From Entomortierella parvispora E1425 (Eukaryota > Fungi > Mortierellomycota), in assembly GCA_020891255.1 (NCBI GenBank), contig BQFW01000010.1, positions 62,001 through 126,000 of the forward strand: a stretch of 64,000 bases of DNA. Reading direction: 5' to 3'. The notes beneath the pieces were generated by a model that saw nothing but the letters and a program-made list of their open reading frames with translations, did no database searches and had not been told where the DNA came from. Made by a program: the position numbers and the translations under genes. This document shows, piece by piece, positions 37,495-46,587 of the stretch. The stretch's first letter is position 1. Each line of letters starts with the position of its first letter.

Positions 37495-38645
37495 ACCTGC
37501 GTCCCTTCATTTTGTCCTTCTTTCTCTCCGACCACCTTCTACAGGCACTTTTCGACCCTTGTCCCTGAACTCGATCCTGGTCTTGATCAGGTATGCCTAC
37601 TTTGCCGTCCCTCCTCCCTCTTTGTCTAATCTCTTCAGATGTCCTCTTGTTTCTATTTTCTCTCCACACCCCTGCTCTCTCCCTCCCTTTCTCTCGAAGG
37701 AACTTAAACTGACCCTTTGATCCCCCCCCCCCCCCCTCGCATAAACCACCATGCTCATCTAGACCTAGTAAATGCGGTCAGCATCTAGTTGGAACCTGGT
37801 AGTAGTCGCCCGCCTTGGTGTCTTGATCTAGAGGTTCAACACTCCCATCGAAAATGCAGGCAGCATATCTCGCTTGGCTCTGCTTTGAGCTGCAAAAGAT
37901 CTCGGCGCGTTATGGTGGAATCGATCAATAAGAAGTCATGATGCCGATTGATTGGGGGTATCCTATTCCCCGAGATCAGTACGGTAACCAAGGGTGGCAT
38001 TATCTTGCCGGACCGAGTCATGCCCGAACTTGGCGCTCAGCACAGACTAGTTTACCGAGTAGGTATTGTACCTTGATTCTCGTGTACCCTTCAACCTTTA
38101 CCAGCTGACCTAACCCTTCTATGCAGCCCTTCATTTTTCTTTGTTTTTGTTTAAGAACCTCTCTCTTCGATAATGAGGGATCAAGGCAACATAGTGCGCC
38201 TACATGGATGGGCGTATTCGCAACTGGCAAGGGACTGCTCGACTGGAGGGCACAGAAGTCCTTTCATCGACTGCAGGGGGGATGGCGTTTTATCGATATC
38301 AGCAAACAAGCATATTGCACTCTATGGTCGCCAACACGCTACTTCAAGCGAGAGCTCCAAAGACACAACCATATGATGGACCACCGCTCCGAGGTCTTTG
38401 TGGTTGGGGACCTCATAGTACGACAGGTAGATGGACATACATATGTCCACTGTGCTCAACCGCCAAAAATACCTAGTCTGCAATGAGGAAGCACATCCGC
38501 AATAACTGTTCTGGCATTGTCCCGCCTCAAGTTCAGCCTCAAGTCCCACGCAAGCGGAAAGATGTCAAAATCCTATCCCCTTCACCACAACGTCGCAGGT
38601 TGAAGGCCGATAAGGAGTACAAGCCGAAACTGGAGGAGAAACTTG
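37495..38645. repeat. Right arm of the diverged inverted repeat (partner about 28930-30110)
   Basis: gaccaggatcgagttcagggacaaggg (reverse strand near 37560-37585) matches accaggctcgagttcagggacaaggg at about 30010; cctcaagttcagcctcaagtccc (38525) matches 29035-29057 reversed. Confidence 0.85.
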
Positions 38646-38700
38646 CGATATGGCATCATCGAATAGGTTGGATGTTCTTATCCGTTGGGGGGCGACTTGT
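37800..38700 (+). pseudogene. Disrupted copy of uncharacterised gene A (right copy)
   Basis: KKS*CRLIGGILFPEISTVTKGGIILPDRVMPELGAQHRLVYR, an intron, then WAYSQ, FYRYQQTSILHSMV and a Zn-finger-like YVHC...MRKHIRNNC, spread over several frames. Confidence 0.6.
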
Positions 38701-39119
38701 AGTTGCCCTCCTAGCCAAAGAATCGACGACTGCGATTCTACTTGCAAGCCGAGTACGAAGAGCAGGAGTGTCAGACACCAACGCTCATGGGGAAAGCAGA
38801 CAACGAAGATTATTTCAAAGGAAAACACGCTTTCCGCACCAAAGAAAAAATAATAATAATAATAATAATGAAAAAACCTGAAAAAAACTACCTAATTACC
38901 GAACCAGCCCGGCACCTGGTTCAATCGACTATTTGAATGGTCAGTGGATCTTTAGCAGGGGTGAGGGATCCAGTCCGTCTTTATTGCGTTTATTCTTTGT
39001 TTGACACCAAAATGTCGACCTTGATTCGGGAGAGTCATCTTGAGGGCCGTATCTCTAACTTTGGATCCTTCTAGCTTTGGATCCGGGAATCACAGTGAAC
39101 TCGATCCCGAAAGATTCTA

Positions 39120-40514
39120 TCATACTAGCGCAGCGATCTGCTCCTTGACCCGTGCCACTGCTTCAGGGCTTCCGCTCTCCTTGCCATGATCGTCACTCAA
39201 CTTGACACATTCCTGGCCATTGCAAGAGTGAAGCTTGATCACAATGTTCATTGCCACGCTCGTGCTCTTCAATGGGTCTTGAGCATGTTTATAGTCGTTG
39301 GTGAAATGAGTTCCGATCCCAAATGAGGCTTGGATGCCCTTTTGATCTGCCGCCTGCTGCAATCGAATGGCCAGATCCGTGTTCAGTCCGTCTGAGAAAA
39401 CAATCTTTTTGGTTTTTCTCATCTCTGGTCCTACGCAAGAGTCCTGGTCGTAATGTTGAATGATCCGATCCATGAAATCGAACGCGTCTCCAGAATCATG
39501 TCGAACGCCAATCCAATCCCGAGCCAGGTCGTGCTTGAAGGTCTTCAAGAAAGTCTCGGTCATGAAGGTGTCTGTCAAGGCGATCCCCAAGACCTGACCT
39601 GGGAATGTTTCTGCCCAACGTCTCAATGCCACCTCGTTGGCTGGTCCTGCATCCTTCAAGATGGCCGCTGTACCCATAAACCATTCGTGAGCCATGGTAC
39701 CGATGGGGGCGAGGTTCATCACATGTGCGAAATGCAGGTTGCTCGTTCCTGTCAACATCCCTGGCTTGGTCGATCTTGCGAGGTTGCCAGCGTCGGTGGC
39801 AGCGGCGGCTCTTGCCCGCTCTGAGCCGGCGATCAAACCTTCAAGGACGATCCGTTGTGTCTCATAATCACGGCGGCGACGAGTACCAAACTCTGCAAAC
39901 AGGGCTCCAGATTGGACGAGTCGCTCGGCCTTTGTAGCCGCGGCCTCGAACTGTCCGTCATAGTCCCAGTCTTGATCACCGAAACGGTAATAGGCCTCCG
40001 AGACCAAAGCCAGGATAGGGACCTCATAGAGGATGACTTGGTGCCAATCGCCCATGATGGTAATCTCGACCGAGGTCTTTTTTGCTACCGCAGATTCGGC
40101 TGTTGCTGTTGATGGTTTCATTCCCTGCGGCTGTTGTGATGTTGCTGTTGAAGATCCTACAGCAGCAGGGCGCCACTCGATCTTGATCTGTTGTTCGGGT
40201 AGGAAGCGGAACTCGTGTTGCAGCCAGTCGAGATAATCTTTTGTCAGATAGGGGCAGCGTTGTTCCAAAAAGAGTCTTTCGGCCCCTGTCAGCCTCAGAT
40301 CTGCAAAGGCCTGGATCTTGGATTGGAGCCAGGGGATGGCGGTCAGAGGGAGAGAGGCGAGTTCGGGGGATCGGTTGGTGAAGTGGTAGTCGCATGGAGT
40401 GTTGGGGTAATGTTGGCGGACGGCCTGTTGCATGGTGAACTTGTAAAGATCATTGTCGAGAATGGAGGTGCATGCGAGCGAAGGCGCCGCCGGGGATGTT
40501 GTTTGTGCGGGCAT
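39120..40514 (-). CDS. NPT1: Nicotinate phosphoribosyltransferase
   Basis: Intronless. SILDNDLYKFTMQQAV, FAEFGTRRRR, GTSNLHFA, PIGTMAHEW, IALTDTF, GVRHDSGD, IVFSDGL, FGIGTHFTND, VIKL...VKLSDDHGK. Confidence 0.95.
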   Translation of the reverse strand: MPAQTTSPAAPSLACTSILDNDLYKFTMQQAVRQHYPNTPCDYHFTNRSPELASLPLTAIPWLQSKIQAFADLRLTGAERLFLEQRCPYLTKDYLDWLQHEFRFLPEQQIKIEWRPAAVGSSTATSQQPQGMKPSTATAESAVAKKTSVEITIMGDWHQVILYEVPILALVSEAYYRFGDQDWDYDGQFEAAATKAERLVQSGALFAEFGTRRRRDYETQRIVLEGLIAGSERARAAAATDAGNLARSTKPGMLTGTSNLHFAHVMNLAPIGTMAHEWFMGTAAILKDAGPANEVALRRWAETFPGQVLGIALTDTFMTETFLKTFKHDLARDWIGVRHDSGDAFDFMDRIIQHYDQDSCVGPEMRKTKKIVFSDGLNTDLAIRLQQAADQKGIQASFGIGTHFTNDYKHAQDPLKSTSVAMNIVIKLHSCNGQECVKLSDDHGKESGSPEAVARVKEQIAALV

Positions 40515-40746
40515 GAGGGTCGACGCAATGAGAAAAGAATTAGGAGAGGAGAGCAGCGGTGATGAAAGGAGGGGAGAGGAAAGGAGAGAATGGTTGCGCG
40601 CAATGGAACGAACGACATTCTGAAAAGGGTGAGACTGCTGTTTGGACACGCTTTCATTTTTCTGTTTCTGTGGTTGGTAAAAGGATATCAGATCGTGGCA
40701 TGTCAGGGTGACACACACAGCAGACGCCTGTTTCTTTCAATCTTGT

Positions 40747-41905
40747 TTATGTGTTCATGGTGTCTCCTCTATCCTCTCTTATCTCTGTAGCCTCTCTTGC
40801 TTTTGCTGCCTCTGTTGCCTTTGTTGACTCTGTTGCCTCTGTTCGTCGGATACAAAGGAGAACTTTGCCATCTTTCGCTTCCTTGACAGATATTTCCATG
40901 GAGCAGGCGCAGGCGCAGTGTGTCGACTGTTTGATCTTGAGGCTGTTGATCTCTCCTTGCAGCCTCAGATTCTCGTCCCGTAAACCAAACATTCTGTCCT
41001 TCTCCGTGTGTAGCTTGCGTTGGCATTCCCTGAGGTCAATGTCTCTCTGCTGGAGCTGAAGATTTATCGCCCTTTCCTGTTCCAACAATTGTTGTCGAAG
41101 ATATGTCGATTGCTCTTCTCTGGCCAAAAGCGATTTCTCGCGCTCCAGTAGTTGTTCCTCCCGATTCAATAGTGCTCCCTCTCGTCTACCAAAATCCACT
41201 ATATCTTTTGCATGCTCATCGTACCTTTGTGCACTGTCCCTGGTGTTTGGTTGCGTAAACTGGTCAAGAGTCTCTGTTTGAGCATCAACAACGCTCACCT
41301 TCGATTTTTTCCTCAAGGGGATCGAACTATTATCTGCATCTACAAGGACCAATGTGGATCAGAATCTTTGTTGTAAACAGTCCTCATCCCGATATCCATG
41401 TCACGAACGAACCTGAATCCTCCTTGGCGGTCAACGGACGACGTTTTTTCAAAGTCGCCATGTTTTTTTCGGCCTCAATGCCTTAATTCATATCCTTCCT
41501 CCTCGCCTTGCGTGAGTTCCTGATCTCTTGCTCAACATCGCTGTCAAAAATGTCGGCAAAGTGAAAAAACTCTGGGCAAACTCTTAGGCGTCGATGCTCA
41601 AAAGAAAAGAGTCCTTCACCCCTCCTCCGTTCGATGAAATTCGCCTTCTTCCACAATGCACGGATTTTTTCAATCTTCCTTCTCAAGTAGTCATACGTGT
41701 AGGCTCGAGTGGTGTCTTCCAGAACCGCCTCTACAAGACTTTGCCGACCCCTATCATTGATTGTCGATCCTTTGTTCCTAAAGAGCTGTTCGTAGTTGCC
41801 TGGTATCCTCATCCACTTGATAATAGCCTTGGTGATTGGATCCTTAAAAAACTTGAAGTGTCTGTCCCGCCGTCTTCTTTCTCTGTGCTCTGTTCTTTGT
41901 TCTCT
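40747..41905 (-). pseudogene. Myb/SANT-like (trihelix-type) DNA-binding domain plus coiled coil, interrupted by one in-frame TAA (or two adjacent small genes)
   Basis: IIKWMRIPGNYEQL...YDYLRRKIEKIRALWKKA...GEG...CPEFFHFADIF. The frame continues past TAA 41483-41485 to a phase-compatible intron (about 41412-41341) and joins the coiled-coil ORF ending at 40747. Confidence 0.55.
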
Positions 41906-42238
41906 CTGAAGGCTACAAATGTACAGCATGCTGTAAGAACATGGGACAGGTGCCAGTTTAGACACGGCATGGGCGGACAGTATCGATGTCATTATGTCGA
42001 GCGTGAGCAGTAGGCGGCTAGGTAAGGCCAATGGACTCTGCAATGTTTTGTGTTTTGTCTCTGTGGTGCATGTAATGCAGCAACAAGACTTGTCAAGACT
42101 TGCTGTTTGGTGGGCTGTGCACGGGTGCAGAGAAAAAAGAAATCAAATCCTCAATTTTTTGTCGCGCTTCATGTGCGTGCGCTGCGCCTCATTCCATTGC
42201 AGGTGCTTCCTTCGTTCTTTTTTTGTCATCTCATCGCA

Positions 42239-44623
42239 ATGTCATTCTCAGCCCTCCCGACAGAATGCATCGAGCTCATCCTGCAGGAACTCCAGGACCA
42301 AGACGATGTCAGAACGCTCAAGAGTCTGCTCCTGGTCAGCCGCCACCTCTGTGCCCTGACCCTGCCCCATTTTTATATCACAGCCATCGAGGGACCGACA
42401 GACATTGACGACTATGCACTCTTCCAACTATTGCTTCGACAGCGGCCTCCCGCGGACGTGAGTCCCTTGCTTTCGGCTGCATTCGATGTCTTTCCGGACG
42501 GAACAACCAACTACTCCAAAGAGGACCAATCTTCCATGCCAATGTCCGCCGGGATTCATATCGACTATCTCTCTTATGTCCGGTGTTTTTACCTTGAGGA
42601 GGCGATCTACCACAAAAGACCGGAGGATAGGTCTCCTCGATTACGTTCCTTGGCGTTCAAGTCCAAGACAGGAGAGATCGCCCAGGCTTATGGAGAAGGT
42701 GGTCTGGATGCATCTCTCCCTTTCCCCCTTCCTGTCCTCATGGAGGCGTTGGATATGAAGAATGTCCGCCGATGTGCGGTGACCTCGGCCTTAAGACGCG
42801 ACCTCAGCTGGACTCTTTGTACGCCGTACCTTGAAAAGGTTCGGAGTATGTACCTTCCTCTCTCGGACCTATGGCGGTACATACCTCTTCTGGATCGATT
42901 CAAGTCTCTGGAGTCTGTCGTTTTCATAATGGACGAGCTACTGGTCATTCCCGACTTCAATCCTGAAGTGGATCCGGAGGTCGCTACTGAATTGGAGAAT
43001 TGCCGGAACAAAAGTAATCAACAATTCAAGGATATGGTCTTGTTCGTCAAGAGACATGTTGAGCTTTTTCCTGGCCAGCTTAATACCGCAGACTGTCCTA
43101 GCGATATTTCATGGATGCTAAAAACACGACGATGCCCTCTTGACATCTGGGAAGAAGTTGCTTGGCTCCCTCAATCAGTGAGGAAACTGGAGGAAATCAA
43201 CGTCGATAACTGGATACATGTGTCACGCAGGATCAACACTCTGGATCTGAGCTCTGTCAGGGTCGTTAAACTGCCGCTACTGTCAGACCAAGGCATCGCA
43301 TCCGTGAACGCTCTTCTCTCAAGCCGTCCGTACTCGCCTCCTCTGAGTCGATGCCGAAGTTTAAGGGAGCTGTATTTGGATGCTGTGGGAGGATCTTATT
43401 CTTTCAAGTGGGCTGTGGATGAGAGACTGGCTTTCAACCGGAACAATGGGCTAGAAACAGCCGAGCGTTCAGTTGGAGGGAGCGGCATGCGTGTGTCGCC
43501 GATGGAAACCCCGAAGCCGCTTGTTCCGCTGCAAAAAATTGTCACCTCGATACCTTACCCCCATGACCAGCTCGACGATATTGTCTTTGCTTTCAGCGAC
43601 ACGCTTGAGAGTATCGAAGTCATAAGTTGCGCGGAAGATATTGAAATGGATGACCAGCACTCGATAAGGATTGGGAAGGATTGGAGACTTCCTCGACTCC
43701 GTAATCTTTCTATTTCATCTCAAGATGTCCCACTGGCGATCGATCCAGACTTGTTCCAAGGCATGGGCGATAATCTGGAGAGCATTGAGTTGTCAGACTA
43801 TATGAGCCAATTCCAGAGTAAGGACCTCTACCTGTGTTCACCACCTTTGAATCCTCTTCCCAGGCTCCACACTGTTGACCTTACTGGAGTACCAGCCTTG
43901 GTATTCCACCCGGATACTCTGCTCAAGACTGTGAATCTCAAAAGTCTTACTCTTTATTCAAATAACGGCGTCGAGGAACTTCAGGATGATTGCGGAAATG
44001 CTCAGCATGGAAAAATGACTATTGACGATCATTTCTCTTGCTGGTTCTGGGACTGGCGCCTGCCCAATCTGGATAGCCTTTCGCTCGAAGGGGATTTCGC
44101 ATACAACTTTTCATTTAGAATGCTGCAGGGATGTCCTTCGCTGAAGACCCTCCAGCTTACACTCGGAGAAAGACTGCGTTCACTCAAGCGACATGATTTT
44201 TTTTCCGCCTTGGAAAGCCCTTCCACGGAGGATGGCTCTCTTACCGAGAACCAAGAGATGGTGTCATCCTCAGTCGAGCTGTTGACTTTGAGGGGCGTCT
44301 GGGTGATGAACGACGAATTACTCCCGACTCTCTACACAACCGTGTTTCCCAATATGCGTCGACTAACAGAGATTCAGACGTCTGGTTATTCTATTGAAGG
44401 GTGGCTTACAGCACTGAGAGGACATGGACGACTCAAAGAGGCAGAGTGCGGAACGAAATGTACTAAGGACGATGCAGAACATCTAGAGAGTATGGGTCTC
44501 CTCTCAAGGCCACAACTGAGTCGTCAGTACGTCAATGGGGTACAGGAATTTGCACAGGGCGACGGGCCATTTTTTTTCTTTGGAGATGGAAAGACATGGT
44601 ACTATGGCGAAAAGGGTGATTAA
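42239..44623 (+). CDS. F-box-like/RNI-like LRR protein (lineage-expanded family)
   Basis: MSFSALPTECIELILQEL...LKSLLLVSRHLCALTLPHFY then LRR-like segments (LPRLRNLSI, LPRLHTVDL, WDWRLPNLDSLSL, CPSLKTLQL). Confidence 0.8.
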   Translation: MSFSALPTECIELILQELQDQDDVRTLKSLLLVSRHLCALTLPHFYITAIEGPTDIDDYALFQLLLRQRPPADVSPLLSAAFDVFPDGTTNYSKEDQSSMPMSAGIHIDYLSYVRCFYLEEAIYHKRPEDRSPRLRSLAFKSKTGEIAQAYGEGGLDASLPFPLPVLMEALDMKNVRRCAVTSALRRDLSWTLCTPYLEKVRSMYLPLSDLWRYIPLLDRFKSLESVVFIMDELLVIPDFNPEVDPEVATELENCRNKSNQQFKDMVLFVKRHVELFPGQLNTADCPSDISWMLKTRRCPLDIWEEVAWLPQSVRKLEEINVDNWIHVSRRINTLDLSSVRVVKLPLLSDQGIASVNALLSSRPYSPPLSRCRSLRELYLDAVGGSYSFKWAVDERLAFNRNNGLETAERSVGGSGMRVSPMETPKPLVPLQKIVTSIPYPHDQLDDIVFAFSDTLESIEVISCAEDIEMDDQHSIRIGKDWRLPRLRNLSISSQDVPLAIDPDLFQGMGDNLESIELSDYMSQFQSKDLYLCSPPLNPLPRLHTVDLTGVPALVFHPDTLLKTVNLKSLTLYSNNGVEELQDDCGNAQHGKMTIDDHFSCWFWDWRLPNLDSLSLEGDFAYNFSFRMLQGCPSLKTLQLTLGERLRSLKRHDFFSALESPSTEDGSLTENQEMVSSSVELLTLRGVWVMNDELLPTLYTTVFPNMRRLTEIQTSGYSIEGWLTALRGHGRLKEAECGTKCTKDDAEHLESMGLLSRPQLSRQYVNGVQEFAQGDGPFFFFGDGKTWYYGEKGD

Positions 44624-45187
44624 ATTTCGTGGATGCTTACCCATCCTCGTTCATATCGGTAATAAAATCCATATCGAAGTTCAATGGTGGAGGACCAAAC
44701 ATGGCTCTATGATGCTGTATTTTCAATGATTTTACGTCTATGGTGCAAGTCATCTAGTCCCGACAAGAATATCTCCAAGTGCAATAACTTTTGAAGGAGC
44801 CATCATGATGTCTAGAATTTTTCATAACTGTGAGCCTCACAACACAACAAATAAAACTATGTTTTCCTTCCGGTGGAAAGACCTGTGGGAGAAGAGCCAT
44901 GGGCACCGTGGCGGAGCGTTGCAGAGACCCTTAAAGCCTTAAGCGTGTCATGTGACGACTGACGTGAGTTCGGATTCCGTCCTCTGGTCGTGGGCGTTGT
45001 CCGGACATCCTTCTTCTTGCAGTGCTCAGATGGTGGTTGATTCTTTACCTAGTCTCTCTAAGTTCCTCTCTTCCTCTCTCGCCTTCTTCTCAATGGAATT
45101 AGATATCCAGACGAGCGGCGACGACGAAGCAAAAAAGTGTACAAATGAAGACACCCTTCCAATTTTTTTTAAATTATTGACAAAGGG

Positions 45188-46386
45188 TGTGTACAACGCA
45201 TGCTTCTGCACCCAGAGCCGCGTCGCTCTCTTCCTGTTAGAAGAGAACCCGAGGTCAAGGGTCGCCTCAAGACAATAAAAATTTACTACTTCCTATCTTC
45301 TCCATCACTGCTGGCCAATGCCGGCCAAGATATGTGTCCAGCAGAAAGATATCCGCTTCGATGTTCTCGCCTGTAAATCTTGGGCACTTGTTGTTCGTGT
45401 GTTTGTCCATCACTTGGCCGCAGTCGCACTCATCCTCTGCTGGTGTTGCGCCCACCCATGTTCTCCATGCAGTGGTCGGTTCTCCGGGTTGTTTCAGTGG
45501 GGGAAATTCCGTCTGTTCTTTTTCCATCGCTATTTGCCTCCGATCCAGCCAAACTGCCTCTCGGGTGCTGCCCTCAAGTGCTCGGCAGAACCGGTGAGCT
45601 ATATTTTGGTCTGTTGTGATGTTGGTCTTGAAGAGTTGGCCCTATACTTGGGCGAGACTGTGGGGTGAGATCCTACGGTAGAGATCTGCCACAGGTCATT
45701 GGCGTAGGGTCTTCTCTGTTGTTGTACGAGCTGGCTTGCTTACATCCCAAGGTGCAGGATCGACCACGCCTGATATGTGCTCCAATGATGTCCATATGGC
45801 ACGGTCGCCTAGCGTCGTCAGTTTAGGTGCTTTTCTGTTAAAAGGCTCTTGCTTCTGTTGGTGGAGGTCTCGTTCTTCAGCCCACACCCGTCTTAAAAGT
45901 ACCTCCTTCAGATGTGTCCATTTCGCCATGGTTTCTAGTGTCCGGCGCCAGACCTTCTGCTCGTCTGCAAGATGTGGTTTACAGTTCCAAAGGTGTTCAT
46001 TGCTTTCTTCCTGGTCCTGGCATCAGGGGCATAGGGCTGGGGGGTAGATATATGGTCGCCAGTGGTGTTGAATGTCTTGTCTTGGGAGGACTCCATGGAG
46101 CTTTTTAGCCCGACGCCCGCGCAGCGAGGGGTCTCTTGGACTGGTATAAAAGGATCCGGTGTTGTTGTTGTTGTGCACATTGTCCAGTGTGGACTTCCAG
46201 TGGATATAGTCGCTGTCTAGGCCCGTCTTTTTGGTTTGCTTGAGCGCCAATCATGCACAATGATCCCTGATATATGACTGATGTCGAACAAGACGACGAA
46301 CATCGGTATCAACGTTCGTTCGCAGGAATTGTGCGCCAAAGTAGAAGTCCTGTTGATTCGATTGATTGATTGTCCATGGTACGTTG
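45188..46386 (-). mobile_element. 5'-truncated, decayed non-LTR retrotransposon (LINE ORF2 C-terminus with zf-RVT)
   Basis: One frame reads DTDVRRLVRHQSYIR...IHWKSTL...RAKKLHGVLPRQDIQHHWRPYIYPPALCP*CQDQEESNEHLWNC (zf-RVT CCHC motif with a stop at 46023-46025). It continues to REAVWLDRRQ and ends at 45267. The RT core is absent. Confidence 0.8.
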
Positions 46387-46587
46387 TGAAGACACCCTTC
46401 CAACTTCTTTTTTTTATTGACAAGGGGCCTGGAGAGACACCTTCCAACTTCGCGTCCCCCAAATCAATTTATGTCTCGGTGGCTTAGGCGTAAGCCGAAT
46501 CCACGACCTTCAGTTTTTGACTCTTCACCATTGTTGACCGATTGCTGACTCGTTCATTGACCAACTGATCCCAGTTCATCCCTAACA

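Noticed and set aside
37930-37945. Conserved in-frame TGA as selenocysteine or readthrough
   Set aside because: Both copies have additional stops and frameshifts, no redox motif context and no SECIS recognised; pseudogenisation is simpler.
39120-40514. Intronless NPT1 as a bacterial horizontal transfer
   Set aside because: Motifs fit ordinary fungal Npt1, composition matches neighbours, and other native genes here are also intronless.
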